Shown in pieces: positions 12,657-22,086 of a stretch of 64,000 nt of DNA. How positions within the stretch are numbered: position 1 is the first letter of the stretch; each line of letters opens with the position of its first letter. Where the stretch lies: NCBI GenBank assembly GCA_051531975.1, contig JAOPTT010000006.1, positions 352,656 through 416,655 on the forward strand, read 5' to 3'. The notes below the pieces were generated by a model, which was not told the origin of the DNA, ran no database searches, and saw nothing but the letters and a program-made list of their open reading frames with translations. The DNA is from Spirochaetaceae bacterium. GTDB lineage: Bacteria > Spirochaetota > Spirochaetia > DSM-2461. The position numbers were made by a program, and so were the translations under genes.

Positions 12657-13334
12657 ATGCAACAATACAAGAAAGATTTTATTCATTTTATGATTGAAGC
12701 CGGTGTACTTATTTTTGGTGATTTTACTACAAAAAGTGGAAGAAAAACACCCTTTTTTATAAATGCTGGAAATTATAAAACCGGTGAACATCTAGAAAAA
12801 CTTGGTGATTATTATGCACAAGCAATTAATGAAAATTTCCCTGAAAATTTTAATATTTTATATGGACCTGCATATAAAGGTATTCCTTTAGCTGTAACAA
12901 CTGCTATTTCATTAAATAGAACTCAAAATAGAAATGTTTCTTTTTGCTCTAATAGAAAGGAAGTTAAAGATCATGGTGATACAGGGATCTTATTAGGCAG
13001 TAAAATAAAAGATGGTGATAAACTACTTATTATTGAGGATGTAACAACTGCAGGTACTTCAATCTATGAAAATATGCCAATTATTAAGGCTCAAGGTAAT
13101 GTTGATGTTATTGGATTAATAATCTCTGTAGATAGAATGGAAAAAGGTCTAGGTGAACAATCTGCATTTGTAGAACTTAAAGATAAATTTGGTTTTAAAC
13201 CTTGTGCTATTGTTACAATGGAAGAAGTAACTAACTACCTATATAACAGAGAAATTGATGGAAAAATAATAATTGACGATGTAATGAAGTCTCGTATTGC
13301 TGAATATTATAAACTTTATGGTGCAACAAAATAA
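12657..13334 (+). CDS. pyrE: Orotate phosphoribosyltransferase
   Basis: FGDFTTKSGRKTPFF, GPAYKGIP, RKEVKDHG, IIEDVTTAGTS. Confidence 0.96.
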   Translation: MQQYKKDFIHFMIEAGVLIFGDFTTKSGRKTPFFINAGNYKTGEHLEKLGDYYAQAINENFPENFNILYGPAYKGIPLAVTTAISLNRTQNRNVSFCSNRKEVKDHGDTGILLGSKIKDGDKLLIIEDVTTAGTSIYENMPIIKAQGNVDVIGLIISVDRMEKGLGEQSAFVELKDKFGFKPCAIVTMEEVTNYLYNREIDGKIIIDDVMKSRIAEYYKLYGATK

Positions 13335-13340
13335 GAATCA

Positions 13341-13372
13341 TAATAGTGACGGAAATATATTCGTCACTATTA
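13341..13372. terminator. Hairpin between convergent pyrE and pdxT
   Basis: TAATAGTGACG ... CGTCACTATTA 11-bp inverted repeat. Confidence 0.7.
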
Positions 13373-13389
13373 ATTCGGTTTAATAACTT

Positions 13390-13944
13390 TTATGTAGAAA
13401 TAATGTGGTTCTTGAGTTTTTTATCTCTAAAATACTTATAGAAATCTATATTTTCAGTGAGTTCTGGGTGAAATGTTGTTACTAATATTCTATTATATTC
13501 AGCAGCAACAACTTCTCCATCATACATAGACAATATATCAACTTTCTTATCTACTTCTTTTATTTTAGGTGCTCTAATAAACTTAACTCTACATATTTTA
13601 TTTTGAAATTTTATATCAGTTATAAAGCTATTAGAATGGCTTCCATAACCGTTTCTTTGAACTTTAATATCTATTAGTTTTAAATGATTAGCTAATAAAA
13701 TTAAACCTGCACATGTACCCCATATAAACAATCCTTTATGATATTGATTAATAATAGCTCTATCTAAACCTTTAATTTTTAATATTTTAGCTAATGTGGT
13801 GCTTTCGCCTCCAGGAATTATAAGTCTAGAGATACCTTCTAGGTCTTGGGGGTCATTTACTAATCTGACTATATCACCCTGGGTTTCTATAACTGTAGAG
13901 TGTTCAAGGACTGAACCCTGAAGTGCCAAAACACCAATAATCAT
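13390..13944 (-). CDS. pdxT: PLP synthase glutaminase subunit
   Basis: GVLALQG, PGGEST, GTCAG, FIRAP, FHPEL. Confidence 0.96.
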   Translation of the reverse strand: MIIGVLALQGSVLEHSTVIETQGDIVRLVNDPQDLEGISRLIIPGGESTTLAKILKIKGLDRAIINQYHKGLFIWGTCAGLILLANHLKLIDIKVQRNGYGSHSNSFITDIKFQNKICRVKFIRAPKIKEVDKKVDILSMYDGEVVAAEYNRILVTTFHPELTENIDFYKYFRDKKLKNHIIST

Positions 13945-14816
13945 TACCAGCCCCTTTTGGCAAATGTTGTTTTTACTTCAGAAGCCACAGTTGAATCCAT
14001 ACAATTACCTAGATCTTCAGAAACTTTTGCTAATAATTTAGGGTCATTAAAATATGCAACAGCTTCAACAATAGCTTTAGCTCTTTTTGCTGGATTATCA
14101 GATTTAAAAATACCTGAACCTACAAATACTCCATCGCAGCCTAGTTGCATCATTAGTGCTGCATCAGCAGGAGTTGCAATTCCACCAGCTGCAAAATTAA
14201 CAACAGGTAGTGTCCCCTTTTCTTTTATGCTTTTTACAAGTTCAAATGGTGCTTTAAAATCCCTTGCCAAGGTCATTAACTGCTCATTCGTAGAAGATAT
14301 TACCTTTTGAATATCAGAGGTCATCTGTCTCATATGCCTAACAGCCTCTACTACATCCCCGGTACCTGCTTCACCTTTTGTTCTAATCATTGAAGCACCT
14401 TCTCCAATTCTTCTTAATGCCTCACCAAGATCTCTTGCTCCACAAACAAAAGGAATTTTAAAATCAGTTTTATTTATATGATATTCTTCATCTGCGTAAG
14501 TTAAGACTTCACTTTCATCAACAAAATCTATTTCAATTGCTTCTAATATTTGTGCTTCAACAAAATGACCAATACGTACTTTAGCCATAACAGGAATTGT
14601 AACTGCATTTTGAATATCCCTAATCATTTTTGGATCAGACATTCTAGAAACGCCACCTTCTTTTCTAATGTCAGAAGGCACTCTCTCTAACGCCATTACA
14701 GCTACAGCCCCGGCTTCTTGGGCAATTATTGCTTGTTCAGGATTGATCACGTCCATAATCACACCACCTTTAAGCATTTTTGCAAGATCTTTATTTATTT
14801 CTACTCTTTCATTCAT
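13944..14816 (-). CDS. pdxS: PLP synthase lyase subunit
   Basis: [36 protein letters not shown]. Confidence 0.98.
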   Translation of the reverse strand: MNERVEINKDLAKMLKGGVIMDVINPEQAIIAQEAGAVAVMALERVPSDIRKEGGVSRMSDPKMIRDIQNAVTIPVMAKVRIGHFVEAQILEAIEIDFVDESEVLTYADEEYHINKTDFKIPFVCGARDLGEALRRIGEGASMIRTKGEAGTGDVVEAVRHMRQMTSDIQKVISSTNEQLMTLARDFKAPFELVKSIKEKGTLPVVNFAAGGIATPADAALMMQLGCDGVFVGSGIFKSDNPAKRAKAIVEAVAYFNDPKLLAKVSEDLGNCMDSTVASEVKTTFAKRGW

Positions 14817-14903
14817 ATTTTCTCCTTCAATTTACAACTCGACAATAAGTTGTGTCTTGGTAATAGGTCAATATTTACCAGTACAATAGTTTATATATTG
14901 CAG

Positions 14904-14941
14904 ATTGTTACCAATTAAAGCATAATTGTATCGTAACAATT
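14904..14941. promoter_or_regulatory. Candidate PdxR operator
   Basis: ATTGTTAC (14904-11) / GTAACAAT (14933-40) perfect inverted pair, plus AATTGT-N6-ACAATT, between divergent pdxS and pdxR. Confidence 0.5.
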
Positions 14942-14950
14942 GGAGAGATT

Positions 14951-16333
14951 ATGAATAGCACAGATTTTTTTATAGATAAAACAAATGGCCCTCTTTATAT
15001 ACAATTATATGAAAACATCAGATCTAAAATATTAAAAAAGGATCTTTTAGATGGTGAAAAATTACCTACTATAAGGTCCTTGGCAATGGAACTTAAAGTA
15101 AATAATATTACTATTATTAATGCATACAAAAAACTTGAAGAAAATAATTTAGTAGAAAAAAAAGTAGGTAGTGGTTGTTTCGTAAAAAAAAGATCCCTGA
15201 GTTTCTCTACAAATATTATGGATCTTACTGGAACTGATTCTAATATTGATAATTTCCCATTACAAGACTTAAAAGATTCCATCAATTATGTTTTAAATAA
15301 TGATGGATTAGATGTTTTTAAATATGAGGATTCAAGAGGGAATTTTGAACTTAAACTTTGTCTAACTGAATATTTTAAGAAATATAATATTGATACAACA
15401 CCAGAACTTATTCAGATTGTTTCAGGGGGGCAGCAGGCTCTTGATATCATATCAAAATCTCTCATTGTATATGGAGAGACTGTTTTTACTGAAACCCCAA
15501 CATATAAAGGGGCAATTGATAGTTTTAAAAGCCGTGAAGCAAGAATTATAGATATTAATCTTGATGAAGATGGTATAAATATAAATGAGTTGGAAGCTAA
15601 ACTACAAATACGAAAACCATCATTAATTTATATCATGCCATTTAATCAGAAACCTACTGGGATAACCTATTCCCTAAAGAAGAAAAAAAAGTTAATAGAA
15701 CTAGCACACAGATACAATTTTTATATTATAGAAGATGATATGGGCAGTGAAATAGAGTTTAATAGAGAAGATTCATCAACTCTAAAGAGTCTAGATATAT
15801 ACGATCGAGTAATATACATAAAAAGTTTTACTCCTTTATTTATGCCTGGATTAAGGCTTGGTTGTTTAGTTGCCCCCAAAACTATTTACAATAAACTATT
15901 AAATTCTAAATTATCTACAGATATTTCTACTTCTGGACTTTTACAAAGAGCTTTCACGCATTATTTAACTAACTTTGATTGGCAAGATTATTACAATAAT
16001 CTCTCAAATGAATTGATGAAAAAGATAGATTTTGTAACAAACATTTTAAATCATGAGTTCTTAGATCTACTTGATTTTAATAATAATTCTATATCCACTA
16101 GTTTCTGGTTTAAATTAAAACTTGGAGATGGGGAAAAATTAGCTGAAATTTGTAACACTAATAACTTAAGGATAATTCCTGGTGCATATATGGGTGTCGA
16201 TTATACAAATTATTTTCGGATAAATTTAAATAGTATCCCCTACAAAAATATAAAAAAGGCTATGAATGTTTTAAAAAAATCTATAACTGATTTATATTTA
16301 ATAAAAAGAGAATCAAAAAATGACTTTTATTAG
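14951..16333 (+). CDS. pdxR: MocR/GabR-family regulator (GntR HTH plus PLP aminotransferase domain), PdxR-like
   Basis: N-terminal PLYIQLY..KLPTIRSLA HTH; SGGQQAL, IIEDD, PGLRLG; divergent from pdxST. Confidence 0.85.
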   Translation: MNSTDFFIDKTNGPLYIQLYENIRSKILKKDLLDGEKLPTIRSLAMELKVNNITIINAYKKLEENNLVEKKVGSGCFVKKRSLSFSTNIMDLTGTDSNIDNFPLQDLKDSINYVLNNDGLDVFKYEDSRGNFELKLCLTEYFKKYNIDTTPELIQIVSGGQQALDIISKSLIVYGETVFTETPTYKGAIDSFKSREARIIDINLDEDGININELEAKLQIRKPSLIYIMPFNQKPTGITYSLKKKKKLIELAHRYNFYIIEDDMGSEIEFNREDSSTLKSLDIYDRVIYIKSFTPLFMPGLRLGCLVAPKTIYNKLLNSKLSTDISTSGLLQRAFTHYLTNFDWQDYYNNLSNELMKKIDFVTNILNHEFLDLLDFNNNSISTSFWFKLKLGDGEKLAEICNTNNLRIIPGAYMGVDYTNYFRINLNSIPYKNIKKAMNVLKKSITDLYLIKRESKNDFY

Positions 16334-16455
16334 TAATTATTTGATAAAAATGTGTCAAATCTATATTTAATAATAATAATTACTAATAAAAAATCAAAAA
16401 TATATTGTTAAAGATTAATATAAACATATATAATTGATTAAGAGGTTTAAAAAAT

Positions 16456-17610
16456 ATGGTAGAAATATTAAGTAGAATACAGTTTGCGTTTGCTATTGGT
16501 TTTCATTTTTTGTTTGTTCCACTGAGCATTGGTTTAATTTTTTTAGTTTGTATATATGAATTTTATCATTTAAAAACAAAAAATATTAAATACAAACATC
16601 TTTCTGAATTTTATGGAGATATGTTTGTAATTAATTATGCTTTTGGAATTGTTACAGGCTTTACTATGAGTTTGCAGTTTGGTACTAATTGGTCTGCATA
16701 TTCGATGTATATGGGAGATGTATTTGGTGCTCCATTGGTTATTGAAGCAATTATTGCATTCTTTTTAGAATCAACATTTACAGGTTTATGGATATTTAAA
16801 AAGAATAAAATGTCTGGAAGGCTTAGATTTATAACTGTTTTACTAATTTTTATAGGTACTAACTTCTCAGCATTATGGATTATAACAGCAAATGGTTTTA
16901 TGCAAAATCCGGTGGGTTATAAGATCGCCATTGATGGAAGTAGAATTTTAGTTGATAACTTCCGAGAGATAATATTTAATCCTTATGCTTGGTATATGTT
17001 AATACATAATAACTTATCTGCTATTTTACTTGGTGCTTATTTTGTCTTAGGTATTGGAGCATACAAGTATCTAAAATTAGATAAAGAAAGTGATGAAGCT
17101 AAAACTTTTGAAATGGGATTTAGGCCAGCGAATAAAATTTTAGTAGTTTCTGCTATTTTAATGCCTATAGTTGGTTATTCTTATTTTAACTATATAGTAC
17201 CAATTCAGCCTTTAAAAATTGATGCTGTAAGTGGTGGAAATCCTTTTGTTACAATTGCATTCGCTTTAATGGTTGGTTTAGGTACATTGTTTATTTTATA
17301 TTCAATTTATACTTTGGTTTTCTTTAAAAAGTATATGAAATCGCCAACTATGCAAAAGTTCTATTTATGGACATTTTTTCTCCCATACATTGCAATACTT
17401 TCTGGATGGGTAGTAGCGGAAGTTGGAAGACAACCATATGTTGTTTATGGTCTTATGTTAACTAAAGATGCTGTAAGTACGGTTCCAGTTATGCAGGTAT
17501 GGTTTTCTTTAATAACTATATTTGTTATGTATTTTATTTTAGCAGTGGGATGCATTTATCTACTTATTAAAAGAGTTAAAGCTCCTTTAATTAAAGAGGA
17601 GACAGTATGA
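16456..17610 (+). CDS. cydA: Cytochrome bd-type oxidase subunit I, lacking the Q-loop
   Basis: SRIQFA..H17, QFGTNW, FFLESTF, NGFMQNP, H184, MVGLG, GWVVAEVGRQP; only 384 aa. Confidence 0.92.
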   Translation: MVEILSRIQFAFAIGFHFLFVPLSIGLIFLVCIYEFYHLKTKNIKYKHLSEFYGDMFVINYAFGIVTGFTMSLQFGTNWSAYSMYMGDVFGAPLVIEAIIAFFLESTFTGLWIFKKNKMSGRLRFITVLLIFIGTNFSALWIITANGFMQNPVGYKIAIDGSRILVDNFREIIFNPYAWYMLIHNNLSAILLGAYFVLGIGAYKYLKLDKESDEAKTFEMGFRPANKILVVSAILMPIVGYSYFNYIVPIQPLKIDAVSGGNPFVTIAFALMVGLGTLFILYSIYTLVFFKKYMKSPTMQKFYLWTFFLPYIAILSGWVVAEVGRQPYVVYGLMLTKDAVSTVPVMQVWFSLITIFVMYFILAVGCIYLLIKRVKAPLIKEETV

Positions 17611-18614
17611 GTCACGAATTATTAGCAAATCTTTGGTATTATTTATTAGTATTAGTTTGGAGTATTTACATTAGTCAGGAACTTTTTGTAACTGGTGTTA
17701 GTATGTTAAGTATTAATTATAAAGTTGAAGATAAATCTTTCAAATTGATTAATGAATGTGTTGGAACTTTCTGGGATGGAATTCAAGTTTGGTTAATTGT
17801 TGCTATTGGTGGCTTGTTTGCAACCTTCCCTACAGCATATGGTTTAACTCTACAAGCTCTCTATATCCCATTTTATCTACTCTTAGTCGCTATTATATTT
17901 AGAGGAACATCCATTGAACTTATTTATAAATCTGATGATCCATTATGGCGGAAAGCTCTAAGTAAAATTTGGGTTATATCAAGTTTTCTTCTAATTTTTA
18001 TAGAAGGTGTTTATCTGGTTAACTTATTTATAGGTTTACCAATAAAAAACCAGCTAATGACAGAGAATTTTCTCACTATTTTTTCTAGAGCCACGTTATT
18101 AGGTGGACTTTTATTTACATTAACAGCTCTTTCTATGGGTTATACGTGGATAAAGTTAACCCTAGGAAAGGATTTTAAAACACCATCTAAAAAATCAATT
18201 TTATGGATAAGTGGTGCTATGGTTTTTGTTTGTACATTATTGTTTTTATCTTTAACAAATGAACATATAGTATTTGAATCAGGTCTATTTGCTGAATTAC
18301 CAGTTTTATGGATATTACCAATATCAGCAATGTTATTATTTTTGTTACAGTTTATTTTTCATTTATTTGAAAAATATGTTGTTGTATTTATTACAACTAT
18401 TCTAGGAATATCATTAGTACTTTTTACAGGTTTTAGTGCTTCTTTCCCATATATTTTACCATCAAATATTGATCCATCTGAAGGTATTAAAATAATAGAT
18501 GCCGCTGCTTCTGTTCATGCATTAGAAATTATTACAATTGTAGCTGCTATTTTCTTACCAGTTGTTATTGGTTATCAGACATGGAAGTATGTAAAATTTG
18601 GGAGAAAATTTTAG
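17607..18614 (+). CDS. cydB: Cytochrome bd-type oxidase subunit II (divergent)
   Basis: FWDGIQVWL, GGLFATFPTAY, IFRGTSIE, C-terminal PVVIGYQTWKY; ATGA overlap with cydA. Confidence 0.88.
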   Translation: MSHELLANLWYYLLVLVWSIYISQELFVTGVSMLSINYKVEDKSFKLINECVGTFWDGIQVWLIVAIGGLFATFPTAYGLTLQALYIPFYLLLVAIIFRGTSIELIYKSDDPLWRKALSKIWVISSFLLIFIEGVYLVNLFIGLPIKNQLMTENFLTIFSRATLLGGLLFTLTALSMGYTWIKLTLGKDFKTPSKKSILWISGAMVFVCTLLFLSLTNEHIVFESGLFAELPVLWILPISAMLLFLLQFIFHLFEKYVVVFITTILGISLVLFTGFSASFPYILPSNIDPSEGIKIIDAAASVHALEIITIVAAIFLPVVIGYQTWKYVKFGRKF

Positions 18615-19760
18615 ATGAAAGTTATTACAAATAAATTACCTTTAAAACATATTTATGGTGATCTTGATAGTATGGTTTTAGATTTTGTTCGTATTCTTTA
18701 TGTATTAGCAGGTTTATCAATTATATTTAATTCAATTTACGATGTTGCTTTTGGTATTAAAGCAGTATTAATTATATTAGTAAGTATAATTGTATCTAGA
18801 GAGACAGAGATTTTCTTTTTAACTCAAAAATCTGATGTACCTAGAGCTGAAGCTAAAGAAGCAATTAAAATTACAAAACCTGAAGTTACAGGGATAATCT
18901 TTGCACTTCTACTACCTGTAGGTACACCAATATTTGTTGTTATTGTTGGTGCATTCATAAGTATTTTTGTTGGTAAGATGATTTTTGGTGGATATTCATT
19001 TAATGTATTTAACCCAGCGATTATTGGTAGACTTTTTGTAGGTATTGCATGGCCAGCTCTAGTAACTATTAATTTTCCTAATATTATGGATAACTACTTA
19101 TTAGGCCTAATTTTTAATAAGGATTATTCTATAGAATTATTATCTCCACTTATGATGTTACAAGAAAATGGAATAGTTTCATTATTAAATATGAATACTA
19201 TTAGCTCATTATTATTCAAACCAAATTTTGGTATGATGTTTTCTTTACCTAGTATAGTTTATCTTTTATTGATAGTTCACTTTACCGTTGGTAAGAAAAT
19301 TGATATGAAACCAATTTTATTTTCAATTTTGGCTTCTGTTATAGTTCTCGGAGTAATATCTATTGGTTTTAATCTAGGCATATATTATGTTTTATTTCAC
19401 TTTTTAACTGGTGGGTTTTTATTTGTAACTCTTTTTATGATGACGGATCCATTTACTAAACCATTTAATAGTATTGGAGTATTGTATTATTCAGTAATTT
19501 TTGTTTTTACTTTTACTTTAATAAGGTTTTTGGGAAAAGGCGCTGATGGTGTATTAAATGCTCTGTTATTTTCTAATCTTTTTGTTCCTTTATTAAATAA
19601 AAAAACTAAAGGGTTTGTATTTGGTTTAAATAAAAAAAGTATATTAGCAGTTGTAATTATGCTTCTAGTTCTTTTGGGTACTGGATTATTCATTAATTCA
19701 ATTCTAGGTTATAGAATTGAAGTTGGAGAAGTTATGGTGAATGCATATGTTAAAAGTTAG
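18615..19760 (+). CDS. rnfD: RnfD/NqrB-family membrane subunit (divergent)
   Basis: VTGIIFALLLP, KMIFGG..N.FNPA, FMMTDPFT; starts at the base after the cydB stop. Confidence 0.85.
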   Translation: MKVITNKLPLKHIYGDLDSMVLDFVRILYVLAGLSIIFNSIYDVAFGIKAVLIILVSIIVSRETEIFFLTQKSDVPRAEAKEAIKITKPEVTGIIFALLLPVGTPIFVVIVGAFISIFVGKMIFGGYSFNVFNPAIIGRLFVGIAWPALVTINFPNIMDNYLLGLIFNKDYSIELLSPLMMLQENGIVSLLNMNTISSLLFKPNFGMMFSLPSIVYLLLIVHFTVGKKIDMKPILFSILASVIVLGVISIGFNLGIYYVLFHFLTGGFLFVTLFMMTDPFTKPFNSIGVLYYSVIFVFTFTLIRFLGKGADGVLNALLFSNLFVPLLNKKTKGFVFGLNKKSILAVVIMLLVLLGTGLFINSILGYRIEVGEVMVNAYVKS

Positions 19761-20286
19761 TTTAAAATATGGTGGGATTTTATTTATAACTGCAGTGATT
19801 TGTGCTTTTTGTGTTTCAGCAGTTTTTGTTATAGTTGAACCAATTATTATTGAAAGAACTATGGATAAAGTTAGAGAAAATTTAAATTATATTTTTTCTG
19901 GAACTAGTTTTGAATATAAAGATGTTTCTGGTGAATTTAATGCTTTAGATATTAAAAATGCAGATGCACTTTATAATGTTTCTTTAGAGAATGGAACTAC
20001 TAATTATGTTTATGAAATGAGTCCTGAGGGGCGAAATGATGAGATCCTGTTTTTAATTGCTTATGATAAAGATGGTAATGTTGTAAAAATACAATATGTT
20101 CAGATGCGTGAAACTAGAGGACGTGGAGATAAGATAACTAAAGATAACTATTTAGATAAAATATATAATCAAAATGCGTCTGATATGGATGTTGATATGA
20201 TAACAGGTGCTACATATTCTTCAGGTGCCATGAAACAAAGTATTGAAGATAGTTCAAACCACTTAATTAGTGAGGTTTTAAAATGA
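19741..20286 (+). CDS. rnfG: RnfG FMN-binding subunit
   Basis: N-terminal TM, ETRGRG, flavinylation motif DMITGATYSS. Confidence 0.88.
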   Translation: MHMLKVSLKYGGILFITAVICAFCVSAVFVIVEPIIIERTMDKVRENLNYIFSGTSFEYKDVSGEFNALDIKNADALYNVSLENGTTNYVYEMSPEGRNDEILFLIAYDKDGNVVKIQYVQMRETRGRGDKITKDNYLDKIYNQNASDMDVDMITGATYSSGAMKQSIEDSSNHLISEVLK

Positions 20287-20993
20287 AAAATTACGGTAAA
20301 GATTTATATCGTGGAATAGTGAAAGAGAACCCTACTTTTGTTCTATTTTTAGGAATGTGTCCTACTCTTGCATTAACAAATAACTTAACTAATGCAGTTG
20401 GAATGGGTTTGAGTGTTGTGGTTGTTTTAGCTATTACAAATACGATGATATCTCTTATTAGAAAAATAATTCCGGATGATATTCGTATCCCAGTTTATAT
20501 CACAGTCATTGCATCTGTAGTAACTATCTTAGGTATGTTAATGGAGGCTTATTTACCAGCTTTATTTGAGAGTCTAGGAATCTACTTACCTCTTATTGTT
20601 GTTAACTGTATCATTTTAGGTAGAGCTGAAGCATTTGCATCTCAAAATCCTGTTATGGATTCATTTATAGATGGAATATCAAGTGGATTAGGTTTTTTAC
20701 TTGGTCTCTCAACGTTAGCTTTTTTTAGAGAACTAATTGGTTCCGGTGCTGTTGAACTTCTTAAATTTAGATTAATAGATGCAAATCATGCACCAGTTAT
20801 CTTTATAGAATCATCAGGTGCTTTCTTAATGTTTGGTTTAATAGCGTGGATGATTAATACTATTAAAATAAATAAAGAAAAAGAAGCAAAAAGGGTTAAA
20901 GCTGAGTTCATAAAGCAAAAGATGGCAGAAGCAAAACTGAAAAAAGAACAATTTGAAAATGATAAATTGAAAAAGGCAGATGAAAATGAATAG
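20283..20993 (+). CDS. rnfE: RnfE subunit
   Basis: ENPTFVLFLGMCPTLA, RIPVYI, PLIVVNCIILGRAE, FREL.G.G. Confidence 0.95.
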   Translation: MKNYGKDLYRGIVKENPTFVLFLGMCPTLALTNNLTNAVGMGLSVVVVLAITNTMISLIRKIIPDDIRIPVYITVIASVVTILGMLMEAYLPALFESLGIYLPLIVVNCIILGRAEAFASQNPVMDSFIDGISSGLGFLLGLSTLAFFRELIGSGAVELLKFRLIDANHAPVIFIESSGAFLMFGLIAWMINTIKINKEKEAKRVKAEFIKQKMAEAKLKKEQFENDKLKKADENE

Positions 20994-21591
20994 TGTAGTA
21001 CAATTAGTAACAATAGCATTTAGTGCTTTTTTAATTCAAAACATAATACTTACTCAGTTTTTAGGTCTATGTTCATTTTTTGGAGTTGGAAATAAGGAAG
21101 AGTCTGCTTTAGGAATGGGACTTGCTGTTACATTTGTAATAACACTTTCTTCTATTGCAACTTATGCTCTGTATATATTTGTTTTAGTACCGTTTAAACT
21201 CGAATTTCTTTCAACAATATCCTTTATCTTAGTTGTAAGTGGTCTTGTTCAATTTGTAGAAATGGTCATAAAAAAATATGTTCCTGGTCTATATAAAAGT
21301 TTGGGAGTATACCTTCCTTTAATCACAACAAATTGTGCAGTTCTTGGTGTTGCACTGTTAAATATAGATAAAATAAATCCTGATGCGACTATGGGAATGA
21401 ATTTTCTGATGATGTTGTTATTTAGTTTTTTTACAGCATCTGGCTATGCTTTTGTAATCTACCTGTTTTCATTAATAAGAGAACAAATTGCTAAGACTCC
21501 AATTCATCCTGGGCTTAAAGGTGTACCTATTGCTTTAATTACTGCATTTGTAATGGCTATGGGGTTTAATGGCTTTGTAGGAATGTTTTAA
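20980..21591 (+). CDS. rnfA: RnfA subunit
   Basis: QFLGLC, GMGLAVTFV, VQFVEM, LPLITTNCAVLG, GVPIALIT. Confidence 0.95.
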   Translation: MKMNSVVQLVTIAFSAFLIQNIILTQFLGLCSFFGVGNKEESALGMGLAVTFVITLSSIATYALYIFVLVPFKLEFLSTISFILVVSGLVQFVEMVIKKYVPGLYKSLGVYLPLITTNCAVLGVALLNIDKINPDATMGMNFLMMLLFSFFTASGYAFVIYLFSLIREQIAKTPIHPGLKGVPIALITAFVMAMGFNGFVGMF

Positions 21592-21773
21592 TGAGAATTA
21601 TAGTTGCTGCCTTAGTTGTATTAGCTCTTATTAGTTTTTATCTAATTATGTGGAAACTAAATAAGAAACAAAAGTTACCGGATGGAATTGAAGAGTCATT
21701 AAAGACATGCGATTCATGTGGTGAAAATGGGTGTGGACTACATCCTAATCAGAGAGGTAAAAATAATGAATAG
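21591..21773 (+). CDS. Small membrane protein with Cys cluster (CxxCxxxxC)
   Basis: 60 aa, N-terminal TM, CDSCGENGC; TAATG overlap with rnfA and overlap with the next start codon. Confidence 0.8.
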   Translation: MRIIVAALVVLALISFYLIMWKLNKKQKLPDGIEESLKTCDSCGENGCGLHPNQRGKNNE

Positions 21774-22068
21774 CATAATTATAAATGCAGTAGTGGTAAT
21801 TGGAGTTGTAGGTTTAATAATAGGCCTACTACTTGGAGTTGCGTCAATAATATTTGCAGTTAAAGTAGATGAACGTGTTAAAGCTGTTTACGATTTACTA
21901 CCCCATTTTAACTGTGGTTCTTGTGGATTTCCTGGATGTGCAGGAATGGCTCAAGGATTAGTAAATTCAGAGGTTCCAATTAGTAATTGTAAACCTTCTA
22001 AACCAGATGGTAAGCAGAAGATCAAAGAAGTATTAGATTCGTATGGTATAGAAAATAGATTATCATAA
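21766..22068 (+). CDS. rnfB: Mini RnfB (TM anchor plus first Fe-S domain only)
   Basis: 100 aa from ATG 21766 (GAGG upstream); VDERV..LP..NCGSCGFPGC....CKP; no ferredoxin domains. Confidence 0.85.
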   Translation: MNSIIINAVVVIGVVGLIIGLLLGVASIIFAVKVDERVKAVYDLLPHFNCGSCGFPGCAGMAQGLVNSEVPISNCKPSKPDGKQKIKEVLDSYGIENRLS

Positions 22069-22086
22069 AATTAGTATATTATTAGT

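Noticed and set aside
12576..12791. 71-aa minus-strand ORF
   Set aside because: Antisense overlap with pyrE, no motif
16341..16358. FNR box upstream of cydA (TTGAT...GTCAA)
   Set aside because: Spacer is 8 nt rather than 4; not supportable in such AT-rich DNA
18615..21591. Nqr (Na+-NQR) rather than Rnf
   Set aside because: Gene order D-G-E-A-B and the RnfB-type Fe-S domain fit Rnf; no NqrA or NqrF
21718..21765. GTG-started N-terminal extension of rnfB in the ORF track
   Set aside because: Overlaps the 60-aa ORF; ATG 21766 has an SD and gives a normal RnfB N-terminus
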